A stretch of 64,000 nt of DNA. Origin: Octopus sinensis. Its lineage: Eukaryota. Shown here piece after piece: positions 1 to 11,284 of this stretch. Both the position numbers and the translations under genes were made by a program. The notes beneath the pieces were generated by a model. The model was not told where the DNA came from, searched no databases, and saw only the letters and a list, made by a program, of their open reading frames with translations. Numbering within the stretch: the first letter of the stretch is position 1; each line of letters opens with the position of its first letter. The stretch spans positions 58,218,001-58,282,000 of the forward strand of contig NC_043007.1 in the NCBI RefSeq assembly GCF_006345805.1, read 5' to 3'.

Positions 1-561
1 TCTGTGAACGATGCAAGAAGTGGCCGTCCAATAACATCCCGATTAGTGGAGGACATGGCAACGCTGCAGGAAATGTTTAATCGCAGCCCGCAAAAAAAAC
101 AACACATCAAGCAGCTCGTGAAAGTGGACTAACAAGACACACGATACGTACGGTGTTGCATAAAGAATTGGATTTTCGTCCGTGAAAACCCCATTACGTG
201 CAGGAGCTGAAAGTTGAAGACTGATCGCAGAAGTCCAGAACTCCGGAACTCCAAGAAGTTCAGATCTTATGTCATGTCACTTTTATTTGTGGGGTTACAC
301 GAAAGAGGTGTACAAGACAAAACCTCGCATACTGGAGGACTTGGAGACACGGATTCAGGAGGTTCTCAATGATATCCCAGACGCCGTCCTTCAGAAGGTT
401 GTTCATCCATCCCTGGGCGCTTCAGGTTAAAAGATGAAGATTATTTACTTTCATTTCCCCCATGTAATAAAGCACCCCTATCATTTCTTTCAATAAATGT
501 GTAAAAGGAACATGGATTTTATTACCAATTTTTAATGCCTACTTACTTTTCACCCACCCTC
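1..561 (+). mobile_element. Internally deleted Tc1/mariner-superfamily element (rosa/DD41D-like), left end outside window
   Basis: From base 1 translates SVNDARSGRP...RSPQKK..HQAARESGLTRHTIRTVLHKELDFRP*KPHYVQELKVED, then jumps to a C-terminal block DL.SCHFYLWGYTK(E)VYKTKPRILEDLETRIQEVLNDIP. Ends in TIR-like ACTTACTTTTCACCCACCCTC followed by TA. Family name inferred from these motifs; the catalytic spacing is deleted. Confidence 0.7.
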
Positions 562-569
562 TATATCTA

Positions 570-1834
570 CAGGTTGGGGAAGCAAAACTTGGAAAATAAT
601 AGATAATTCACCAAATTGTTTATATTACAACAACCAGCAATCTGACATAAATACAATTATAACACAAGTGTATAAGGGTATAAAGAGAAATTTATTCAAT
701 ATGTCTGCCGTCATTGTCCACCACAGCCTTCATACGCCTGTTGAAGGCGTCACAACTCTTCATGATGAAGTACTCAGACATGTTGTCCCACTCTTCCCTC
801 AGGATTTGCTTAAGATGATGAAGACTTGGATGCGAAGTTCTGTTGGTAGAGTGCTCCAATTTGTTCCATAGAGCATAGTCCATGGAGTTCAAGTCTAGGC
901 TGGAAGAAAGCTAGAAGTTTGCAAGCCAAACATCAGCGAAGTTGTCTTCACAGAACTTCTGCACCTTCTTTGCTGTATAAGCAGGTGCACCATCTTGGGT
1001 CCACGCATAATTACCGTTGCAGTAGTTAGACTTCAGCCAAGGTAAAACCGTATACCGCAGAACTTTATAATAAACGTCAGTTCCCACCTTTACCCCAGAC
1101 TTGAAAAAATGAGAGGCATCTTTTTTCTGTCAGACGCTTCAACTCCCAGTATCATGACCTGAGCTGGGGGCTTGGTCCTAAAGGCGCCCTTTACTTCAGA
1201 AGGTGACTTAGCAATGCATCGATCATTGTGACGCTTTAAGACAATATCAGCGGTAAAGATATCTTTATCTGAAAAAAACCTGACGGCTTGTTCATTGTGC
1301 TTCAGGTATCGCAACACATTTTTGGCCCTTTCATGCTTTTTGTCTTTCATTGTATGAAAGGTGTTTCGGGGTCCTCACATATAAACCCAAATGTAAATCA
1401 GTGTGTACAGCATTTCTGATGGTCTTTGGATCAACATTCATGCCCGTGGACAGTTTTCTCATGGATGTTGTTGGGACTTCCAAAATTTTGGTTTTTAGAG
1501 AGTTAAAAATGCATTTTCCCGTTTTATATTTATGTTTCTACTCCCTTGCTTTCTCTTGATGCCTCCAATATCCTGCATTCAGTTCTGAACGTTGTAGACA
1601 TTGCTCACAGAGGCCCCAACAGTCTGAGCAATAGTCTAATTGCAACCCCGGCACGAAGCAAATCTGCAATGCGTTGTCTCTTGGCTTACTATTAAGTGGA
1701 CATGTTAGATCGTATGACTGGAATGTCTTCTTAAATTAACTCTATATACCTCTACCCTGAAATAGAAAGCAGTATTTTAGTACATATGAAAAAGAAGTCT
1801 TCCAAAATATTGCAAGTTTTGCTTCCCCACCCTG
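570..1834 (-). mobile_element. Full-length (1265 bp) maT/DD37D Tc1/mariner DNA transposon, defective
   Basis: TIR CAGGTTGGGGAAGCAAAACTTGG at 570 matches reverse complement of TGCAAGTTTTGCTTCCCCACCCTG ending 1834; TA on both sides; transposase on minus strand. Confidence 0.92.
692..1703 (-). pseudogene. DD37D transposase pseudogene
   Basis: ATG at 1703; KRQRIADLLRAG N-terminus, FFSD(K) first Asp, WTQDGAPAYTAKKVQKFCEDNFADVWLANF*LSSSLDLNSMDY (37 residues between second and third Asp), ends DGRHIE*. Stops and frameshifts present, e.g. TAG where a Trp codon is expected. Confidence 0.87.
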
Positions 1835-2027
1835 TATATATATGCATTACTGCGCTTATGTGATAGCTAAAGATAGATAGAGAGAGAGAGAGAGAGATAA
1901 ACAGAAAGACAGACAGATAGATGTACAAACATATATACGCATCATTGCGTTTATGTAATAGCTAGATATAGACAGACACAGGCAGATAGGCTGGCGAACA
2001 GGCTGGCAGGCAGTCAGACAGACAACT

Positions 2028-2028
2028 T

Positions 2029-2097
<69 letters not shown>

Positions 2098-2257
2098 GTA
2101 GGTAGGTAGGTAGGTAGGTAGGCAGGTAGGTAGGTAGGTAGGTAGGTAGGTAGGTAGGTAGATAGATAGATAGATAGATAGGTAGGTAGGTAGGTAGGTA
2201 GGTAGGTATGTAGGTAGATAGATAGATAGATAGATAGACAGACAGATAGATAGATAT

Positions 2258-2344
<87 letters not shown>
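2028..2344. repeat. Compound (GATA)n/(GGTA)n microsatellite
   Basis: Direct reading; source of the YLSI/YLPT ORFs. Confidence 0.97.
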
Positions 2345-2896
2345 TAAATATCTGTGTGCAGTATATGGATTTGCGTGTGTATGCACGCGTGCGTGTGTGC
2401 TCTTGTTTTAATCATTTGAAGGGTTGCATATAGCGAAGTGAGAAACTCTAAGTAGCGATAGAGAGAATCATCTGCTCCGAACGAATAAATTGATTCTATT
2501 ACATCTATTGTGTACTATTTATCGTGTGTTCACATCAGACGTGTGCGAGTGTGTGTTTGTATCTATAAATTAACAATCTGTTTATCCTACGTCTATCCGT
2601 TGATCCATCCATTTGTACATCCATGTATCTACTTATCTGTATATCCATCTGTTTCCCGCCACAAGTAGGCTTCCTATAGCTATCGCTAGATAGCAATAAA
2701 CGGTTATATGATTTGTAAAATGAGACGAGCTAGTGCTGATTACGTCAATAGGCTTAAACAGAATGTAAATACAAAAGAGAGTGATAGGGGGTCGAAAGAG
2801 TAGGAGTGAGCAAGAGAAGAGATAAAGTGGCTGTAGGGGCCAAGAAAAGGAGAATAAAGAAGGAAAAGTTTTTGTGTTTTAATGAATATGTTTCAG

Positions 2897-2932
<36 letters not shown>

Positions 2933-5104
2933 ACTGTTTGAGTATGTGCGCAGTGTGTTCTCTTTGTATCTATTTTTATATTTGTACTCATGTGTGCATG
3001 TGCATGTGTGTGTGTGCAGGCTTTCCTCTTTAAGTAAGGTTGTCGGTTTGTGTATATGTGTATGCTTATGTATATTTCCTGCCGACTTATTGAGAAATTT
3101 ATTGATTTTTCAATTGAAAATGGCTGAATTGTGGAAAGGTTAACATGAATAGCCTAATGAGCGAGATGGGAAGGAATGAAATGAAGCAGAGGTGGGGGAA
3201 ATATTCAAGAAATGTAAGAGCAAATCATGAAAGTGACAGTAGTGGTGAAAGGAAAAATCGAATGAAGGGCAAAATGGGTGAGACATAAACGAAAGAATTC
3301 AAATTTTCAACTCAAAATGGCGGCTGTATCTAATTAAAGAGGTTAACAGAATGAGCCGGAATGAATGCGGTATCAGAAAAGAAAATTCAGAACAAAACCA
3401 GATGGCGCTTAGCAAGCAGCGAATGAAATATATATTAAAAGGTGTGAGTGGGGAAATGCACGAATAAAAGAGTAGCGAGAAGTAGTAATAATAGACAGTA
3501 AAACCAAATGAAGATGTGATGTGAAATAATAATGAAATAATTTAACAGTAAATTTAGATATCAACAATAAATGGTGATCTGTAAAAAGAACTAATACCAA
3601 AAGATATATTACTTGATAAATGAAGAAAAGAAATATTTGGAAAATGTTAACTGCAAGCAATGATATGACAAACTGAATAAAAACAGAGAATACTGACAAA
3701 AAAGTCATAAAGAAAAAGAAAATTAATGAAAACTTGTATTGGAAATATGTAAAAGGAACTATAAGGAGAAACAGGTGACGCACAGTGACGAATGGTGAAA
3801 ACAGAACAACATTGAGGGAACCAAACCAATGACGGGTGAACAAGAAGTCGCAAAAGCGAAGACTGTGGTTGATAAAGCAGTTCTAAATACTTATCTGTAT
3901 CAATTTTCAGTACATTTGGAATGTATTATGAAAAGAGATAAATATCCACCAAATCTAATTTTGATGTAGTTGATTGCGAGTAATTTTGGAAACATTTTAT
4001 ATCAAAAATTTCATCGTAAGAGAAAGAAAAACGCCATCGGTGTATGAAGTCTAAAACACCGACTCACGTCGTTGTTAGGAGCAAAATTCCACATTATAGA
4101 CATAAGTCGTTATTTGTTTATCATTCAAATTTTCCAAGAGCAAAGGAAGATGTCTGAAAATCTACTCTGTCTATCATTTGGAAACATAACAGAAAAGCAT
4201 GTTAGCTTACTCGGGATTTATTTACTGGACAGCACGTTGCGCGTTTCTTCCTGTCAAACGTTATTGCAAGAAGATTAATTTCGAAACTTTGGCACTTCTA
4301 GTTTTGTGTAACGTTCCTGTTCTGCCTTCAAATTTCTATTCACTCTAGACGTGCGAATCTGTTGAAGTTGTTTACATTTCACAACTTCACTACAAAATCG
4401 GGTTAATTTCCATTTTCAAAGCATTTTAGCTTTGGTAAACTTTCAGTTGATAATAGCGCCTTATATTCAACATCGGTCCGTCAAAGGATTCTGGAAAACT
4501 GCTACTTTATGCGAGCAATGATAATATAAAATATACCCAGAAAGATGTTAAATCTGTCTGTCTCGTTGGGATTTGGAAAGACCAAAGGATAATAAGGAAC
4601 GAAATGGTAAAGAAATGGCACAGAAATTGGGATTTTGAAGACCATAAAGGTGTTATTTAGATTTATCCCACGAAACTAGCAACAACGAAGACCTTAACTT
4701 AACAAAGCACGATTGCCTAGGTCAGGTAAGTAAGAAGGTATTCTTCCATACCTGGTTTTCAGCAACAGAAATGTAATCTAAAATATTTAGTGAAATACAT
4801 GACTTTCATAAAACATCACCAGAAATTTTGAGCGGATCATAAGTTAAAACATCTGTAAAAGCAGCACTAAAATCTTATAACGAAGAATTATATGTTCGTA
4901 AAATAAAAGGCAAACACGTAATCGTTTATACAAATAATAGTCAAACAAGTGGTACCATAATTATTTATTACCGGCTAAAAAAAAGTATGTTAAAGTTTGT
5001 GCGCGTGCATATATAACGGGGGTAAAAGGAAAGAAGACAACACGAAAGGGAAAATTTGGGGGAAATGTATTAATTTAATGCTTAAAACGAAGGGAAAGTA
5101 TTTT

Positions 5105-5132
5105 GACGTTTCGGAAGTTGTTCCTTCATCAG
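5105..5132 (-). ncRNA. Minimal type I hammerhead ribozyme core, stem I degenerate
   Basis: Minus strand CTGATGA-A-GGAA-caac-TTCC-GAAAC-GTC: complete core, 4-bp stem II, palindromic ACGT stem III, GUC triplet. Flanks do not form a good stem I. Confidence 0.55.
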
Positions 5133-5518
5133 CATTAAGATAGAGAGGAAAAAAAATAAATGAGAATGAATGGGAAAATTGTTTGGATAAAAACAAACGT
5201 GAGTGTTAGGAGCCATGTGGGAATATATTTCTTGGAGAATAGTTAGAAGAAGGAAAGTGTGTGCGCGCATATAGAAATATTGCCGTGCGTTCAGATGAGC
5301 AAAAGGGGGGGATATTGTTGATTTATAGAGGAGTGCAAGTAAAGATGCATAGTAGCGAGGATAGAGTGAGATGTCATAGAGAGATGTGTTTGTGTAAATG
5401 CATTGTGACGCGCGATTCTGGAAGAGGAGGCAAGAGGAATGTGGTATTTACAATGTGTGTGTGTATGTATTACATTTGTATGTATGTATGTATGTATGTA
5501 TGTATGTATGTATGTATG

Positions 5519-5780
5519 TGCTCGGCTATGTGGTATGAGGCTTGATTCTCATCCACATGGTTCCAGGTCCAAACCCACTGCGTGGCACCTTGCCCAAATA
5601 TATGTGTCTGTGCATGTCCTCTCATCATCACTTGACGACTGGTGTTGATGTGTTTATGTCCTCGTAACTTAGCAGCTCGGGAAAAGAGATCGATAAGAGA
5701 TTGATAGAATAAGTACCAGGTTAACAAGCAAGAAAAAATATTGGGATCGATTCATTCGACTAAGTAAAGAATTCTACTGA
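5519..5780 (+). mobile_element. Major tRNA-derived SINE (family A), internally deleted
   Basis: Head ...CACATGGTTCCAGGTCCAAACCCACTGCGTGGCACCTTG joined to body CGTAACTTAGC...GATAGAATAAGTACCAGG; homologous to 61020-61464. Confidence 0.75.
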
Positions 5781-5909
5781 CCTAAACAAATAAAGGGTAA
5801 AAGATATATATATAAGCAATAATAAATCTCTGAGTGAGGTATAAACAGTAGCTGCACGACATCGTGAAGTAAATTTGCCATCTAAATGTGGCTAACCCTT
5901 AGGCGTTGA

Positions 5910-6640
5910 TGCTACTGTAGAGCTTGTCGCCCCAGGGAGACACATATTTTCCAGCTGTAGTTTGTATACTTTATAGCATCGAGGAGTACTTGCATGTTTT
6001 CATAACACTCCTTCATGTACACTGAATGTCCCATGGGAATGGATGATTTCTTATTGCCGTTGCGTAGTAGTACTGCCTTGAGGTTTCTCTTAGATGAATC
6101 AATGAATAAGTGCCATTCAGCTGAAACATGCTCTTGGAACAAACAGCGGAATAACTCATCAGTGTTATTACTGAAACAAAGTGGTCCATCAACAGAGAAG
6201 CATGAAGTCAGACCCCTATTTCTCTTCCTGAAATGAGTAATACAAACATCTTTCTTAAGCAGACACTTTTCTTGTAGTCTAATAGTTCAGCTTTATCCTT
6301 CGACAATGACAAGACTCTCACTAAATCATTTAACTCTCCTTGAGAAATTTTCTGTGGTACGTCTTCATTTTCAATCGTGAAATCTGCACCCACTTCTGTG
6401 TCTTCGACAGCAGTAACATTTTCTTCAGGAAATACATCTTCGTCAGACATCTGAAAGCCATTTTCTGGAATAGGAAGATCATCATCGGTGTGTGGTACTG
6501 ATCTTCTTGCTGATTCCAAGTTGGGATACACAATCTTATTCTTGGTCTTTACAGTAAACCCACATACATTAACATTGCAGAAATAACAGTCCAAGAAATG
6601 ATCCTTTGGCTCTCTCCATATCATAGATAAATCTTCGGAC
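5910..6640 (-). mobile_element. DNA transposon transposase remnant, probably CMC/Chapaev3-like
   Basis: ORFs 6208-6729 (WREPKDHFLDCYFC...YPNLESARRSVPH...QGELNDLVRVLSLSKDKAELL) and 5912-6142 (WHLFIDSSKRNLKAVLLRNGN..SIPMGHSVYMKECYENM..LL..IKY..Y.WKIC) are successive parts of one transposase. Family recalled from motifs, not searched; no TIRs found. Confidence 0.62.
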
Positions 6641-6924
6641 AAAACTACATATAAAACACCATATAATATCCCTGCTGAAAATTGGCTGTTGACCAGTGTT
6701 ATCATTATTCCGGACCACCAAGACCCCAAAACTGCTGTTGGATTCGTAAAACTCTACCCACATAGCTCTTGATATCATTTATATTCTGTAAGTTGAATTA
6801 TTTTATATCCATACATATGTGCATCATATCTATTAAATATATTTGATATTCTGTGTAAATCGACTAACCTAACTTGCTTCTCATTACATCTACTCATATA
6901 TATATATATATATGCATATATATA

Positions 6925-7047
6925 TTGGCCTGCTCGCTTAGTCAACGGGGTGGCGTCATTTGAAGGCTAAAACAATGCGAAGCGCATTGTAATCAGCGAT
7001 GTGTAGCAACATCTGATAGCCTGGTCGGTCACGGTGATCACGGTGAT
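6925..7047 (+). mobile_element. Isolated 3' tail module of SINE family B
   Basis: Nearly identical to 8524-8630 (TTGGCCTGCTCGCTTAG...GGTCGGTCACG.TGATCACG.TGATA), between TA repeats. Confidence 0.85.
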
Positions 7048-7049
7048 AT

Positions 7050-7108
<59 letters not shown>

Positions 7109-7210
7109 ATTTAACATATAATTTTGAAATAAGTTTTCATTATCTCTAAAAATAATGATAAAGTGGCCAGCAAACATAATCCAAATATATATATATATAT
7201 ATATAAAGGC

Positions 7211-7719
7211 ACTTCATCCTATATTGTTAGTAGTAAACTCACTGCTTGTTACAAGGGGACCGGTAACCATCACAATATGTAGCGGCGAAAGGTCAACACG
7301 TTGTTCTGAGACTGACCAAGGAATTTTTATTTTTAGATATAAATGATGTACTTAAATGTAGTTATGTTTTTAGCTTCTGCTTTTTCCATAATCGCATGTG
7401 AGTATTTTATTTATATTCCTTCGTAAGCTCTACTGACGAATAATGTATCCTTTATAGGATTAATTCCGAAATTGATTCAATATAGAGATAACGAAATTTA
7501 AATTTTCTAAAGGTTAGTTGCCCGCTTTCAGTTCAATTTTCCTGTAACAAGTGGATTATAAGTGGATAAATCAGTGTATTGGCTTTAGATTAACCCTCTT
7601 TAGCCCTTAATTATAAGATGTTTATACTTCAACCGTAAAGGGTTTTTTTTTATATACTGCCACGCTTTTTGATGGAATCCTTTTCTGTAGAGAAAGGACT
7701 TCATCCTATATTGTTAGTA
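7211..7719 (+). mobile_element. Hammerhead-bearing unit with 22-bp terminal direct repeat (487-bp period), PLE pLTR or retrozyme-like
   Basis: ACTTCATCCTATATTGTTAGTA at 7211 and 7698; (TA)n on both sides; internal hammerhead motif at 7428-7487. Confidence 0.6.
7428..7487 (+). ncRNA. Type I hammerhead ribozyme motif, base of stem II mispaired
   Basis: Stem I CTCTA/TAGAG; CTGACGA core; stem II with ATCCT-ttat-AGGAT; GAAA; palindromic stem III ATTGA-T-TCAAT; AUA triplet. Confidence 0.65.
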
Positions 7720-7747
7720 TATATATATATATATATATAATATATAT

Positions 7748-8130
7748 ATTATATAAAAGGGCTTAGTAAAATAATTACTTTGCCGCATACTGAACTCGTT
7801 AGAAATAGCAGCTAAAAAACTATTTCTAACACTAAAGAAAACCTCTCTCATATAGTGCTTGCTCAATTCAACCCAAGAAAGTATGAGGGTAGAGACATTA
7901 AAAAATCAAATGCAAAGGTTATTTGAGTACTATTTGAGCAATAACCTTTGCATTTGATTTTTTAATGTCTCTACCCTCATACTTTCTTGGGTTGAATGAG
8001 CAAGCACTATATGAGAGAGGTTTTCTTTAAGTGTTAGAAATAGTTTTTTTAGCTGCTATTTTTTAGCTGCTATTTCTAACGAGTTCAGTATGCGGCAAGT
8101 AATTTATTTTACTAAGCCCTTTTATATAAT
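7748..8130. repeat. 383-bp near-perfect palindrome (foldback), 16-nt loop
   Basis: Arms 7748-7923 and 7940-8130 are reverse complements apart from a few 1-bp indels and a 13-bp duplication in the right arm. Confidence 0.95.
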
Positions 8131-8223
8131 GTAATAATTTGAATTGCCTTAAATGGTCCTTTGCATACTGAATACTTGGTGAAATGATTAATTAATTAAT
8201 TAATTTTACCCTCAATTGTTGAA

Positions 8224-8266
<43 letters not shown>

Positions 8267-8282
8267 GTGTGTGTGTGTTGTG

Positions 8283-8342
<60 letters not shown>

Positions 8343-8344
<2 letters not shown>

Positions 8345-8630
8345 AGACGCAATGACCCAGTGGTTAGGGCAGCGGACTCGCGGTCGTAGGATAGTGGTTT
8401 CGATTCCCAGACCGTTGTGAGTGTTTATTGAGCGAAAACACCTAAATAGCTCCACGACGCTCAGCAGGGGGTGGTGATCCCTGCTGTACTCTTTCACCAC
8501 ACTTTCTCCCACTCCTTCTTCTGTTGGCCTGCTCGCTTAGCCAGCGGGGTGGCGTCATTCGAAGGCTAAAACAATGCGAACGCATTGTGACCAGCGATGA
8601 TGGTCTGGTCGGTCACGTGATCACGTGATA
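8343..8630 (+). mobile_element. tRNA-derived SINE family B (head B + tail 1)
   Basis: A-box-like TGACCCAGTGG and B-box-like GGTTTCGATTCCC, central domain shared with 18988-19285, tail ending in TA repeat. Confidence 0.88.
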
Positions 8631-9059
8631 TATATATATAAAATGTGACCGCGTGTGTATCGTTGGCGATTTTTCCCTCCGTCTTCCCTTCCTTGGATCT
8701 TTCTTTCCTTCCTTTCCCGAGCATCCAATAACACTATACTTGTTCCACGTCCTCGCGTTGTTGTGTTTGCTCTTTGCGTTTTCATGTTTGGATCAACTAT
8801 ATATATATATATTATATATATATATACTGTATATATACATATATATAATGGTCGGCAGTTGGCTAGTTGGTTCGTTGGTTCGTTGGTTCGTTGGCATTTT
8901 GTTTATTGTGGTTTGTTTTAAAAACTCAAAGAAGTCAAAGAACAATGAAGGCATTTTAGAATAAGTTAGATTTTTCTCTGTGGTTGATGTTGATCCACGC
9001 TGGCGACAATTAATTGTTAACTGGACAGTCAATTACTACACGATGTTTCCATCGGAGAT

Positions 9060-9138
9060 TTCTAACAGTGTAACGTTGAAAATGGTGATGTTGGCTGAGG
9101 TGGTGATGGAGGCGGCAGTGGTGACTGTGTTGTTGTTG

Positions 9139-9170
<32 letters not shown>

Positions 9171-9470
9171 AGTGGTGGTGGTGGTGGAAGTGCTGGAAGC
9201 AAGAGTCTTTGGAATGGTGTTGATTTTTGCACTAGAGCTAGTGGTGTGTGCCTGCGAGCCAAAAATGACTGCACAATGGTAATGGTTTTGGAGTCTGTGG
9301 GCTTTGTAGATATAACGTTGGTTCTATTTTATTCTGTTGGTACTGGTTGCAGGTGGGGGAGTTTGATCACACCGTTGTTGGTAATGATAGTCAAAATGGT
9401 GCCGATATTGGTGGTGGGCATGAGAATGGTTATGGCATTGGGGGTAGCTTGATTTTGATGATGACAATGC

Positions 9471-9503
<33 letters not shown>

Positions 9504-9620
9504 CTATGATTGTAGTCTTTGTTGTAAAGATGGTGAAACACATAACGTTGGTGAGTGTGATGACGGTGGTTTTGGTGATGGTGGTGGTTTTGGCGGTGGT
9601 GGTGGAGGTAGTGTCCTTAA
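9060..9620. repeat. Degenerate trinucleotide low-complexity tract ((GTT)n, (GGT)n, (GTA)n)
   Basis: Direct reading; gives Val-rich and Thr/Pro-rich spurious ORFs. Confidence 0.8.
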
Positions 9621-10179
9621 CGGCATCCTATAATGCCATTGGTATCCGAGGTTAGAGTCCACTTCCGTTTCAAGCCCCCATGCTATGTTTAGCTGAATTC
9701 CTTATTAATTTCTGCCACCAGTGGCTGCCACAGCGGTAACCTAACATTAATTATGAACCTTGCCACCCTCCATTATTCCGCACCCACTTCCTCCTTCTCC
9801 ATCTGTCCCGTCCATTCTCATTACACAAAAAACCTCTCCACCATCATCACCATCATCGCCATCAAGACAGTAGAATAAAGCCAAATATATTGTCTAAGGT
9901 TTAATATAATAATTTATCTTTCCCTTACCTATCCCTCAGTTTCTCAACATAAAACTCATTCCTCCATTCAGATTCAACTTTTCTTATAATTCATTTGCGC
10001 ATGTCTATAAGTGACTGCCTTCCACTCATTCACAAAACACACAGCATCACACACTCAGACACACACGCGAAAGAACATAAATCACTCTACTCTTCTCAGT
10101 GGTCGCTCTTTCTAAGATACTAGTCTTTCACAAACACATACATATATACATACACGCACTGTCCTCTCTCGTGATCTTT

Positions 10180-10400
10180 TATCTTTTATTTTTTACCTAT
10201 TTCAATCATTAGACTGCGGCCATGCTGGGGCAACGCCTTGAGCTTTTAGTCGAATGAATCGACTCCAGTACTTATTTTTTAAGTCTTATATTTATTCTAT
10301 CGGTTTTTTGCCGAACCGCTAAGTTACGGGGACGCAAACACACCAACATCAGTTGTCAAGAGGTGGTGGAAGATCAAATACAAGCACAAGACTCACATAT
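10180..10400 (-). mobile_element. SINE family A, 3' half
   Basis: Reverse complement of GACAACTGATGTTGGTGTG...GCGGTTCGGCAAA...CCCCAGCATGGCCGCAGTC. Confidence 0.85.
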
Positions 10401-10523
10401 AGATATACCTATATATATGTATGACGTGCTTCCTTTGTATATGCATGTGTATATATATATATGTACATGCGTGTGCATGTGTGGGTGGGTGTGCGCGCGC
10501 GTCCGATTACATATTTATTTCTC

Positions 10524-10552
10524 GACGCGAGTTTCAAGCTGCTGATCTTCAG
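10524..10552 (-). ncRNA. Degenerate minimal hammerhead remnant
   Basis: Minus: CTGAAGA-tcagcagctt-GAAAC-tcgcg-TC, then AATAAAT; downstream of a same-strand PLE remnant; stems poorly paired. Confidence 0.35.
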
Positions 10553-10659
10553 ACAAGAAGTGTTACGACTAGGTGTGGTGATACATTCTTATTTGTTAGT
10601 ATAGGTGGGTGGGTGTTTTGTTTGTGTATATTCATTGGTTTGTTTTGGGAGTTAAGTGT

Positions 10660-11085
10660 ATTTCGTTGATGATATTTCGTATTGTTCAATTATGTTCATA
10701 TCGTAGAGAAATTTTGTTGAAATGCCTTTTGATTCGATGAAGCTTAGAAGCTTTTAAGACTTATGTGTGGAATTTGTTGGTGAGCTATATTTGGGCGTTC
10801 GTATCTGTTTTAACATTCTGTTAATTTTCATTGAGTGAATGTGATGTTCTTTATTGATTTTTTCTAATCGAAAAGGTATGCATTAATGGAAGTGTTTGGA
10901 AATATATCTTGTGAATGTCAACCTTGTGTTTCAGTGGCGTCTTCTAATGTGATTTTAATTTTATGTTGGTCAAGATTGGAGGGCTTAAAAGCTTGTTTTT
11001 AGCGAGAATCTGATGTTGCTTGCAGCAATGTTCTTTTTATTGTTCATGATTCTGACTATGGCTTCGAGCAGATCAAAGTCTTGTG
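10660..11085 (-). mobile_element. Heavily decayed Penelope-like RT/thumb remnant
   Basis: Minus-strand fragments such as SNLDQHKIKITLED and KNITF resemble the PLE RT C-terminus; many stops. Confidence 0.4.
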
Positions 11086-11284
11086 AGCAGACGGAGACTG
11101 AAAGAAGTCCGTCGCATATGTGTATGTGTATATGCGTGTGTGTGTGTGTATGTGTGTGTGTGCGTGTGCGCATGTGTGTGTGTGCATGTGCGTATGTGTG
11201 TGTATGCGTGTGCATATGTGTGTGTGTCTGTCCAATTAACGCTTAACAACCGCTGTTCGTGTTTCCATCCCCGCTGCCGCCGCC

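Noticed and set aside
3400-4960. A-rich, coding-like stretch suggestive of an old TE
   Set aside because: No diagnostic motif recovered in any frame.
8343-8420. tRNA-like sequence with A and B boxes (also near 19200-19285 and SINE A heads)
   Set aside because: These are SINE heads continuing into SINE bodies; no complete cloverleaf.
8980-9655. Mucin-like Thr/Pro-rich (minus) and Val-rich (plus) ORFs
   Set aside because: Explained by degenerate trinucleotide repeats; frames are broken by stops and no convincing splice structure or domain was found.
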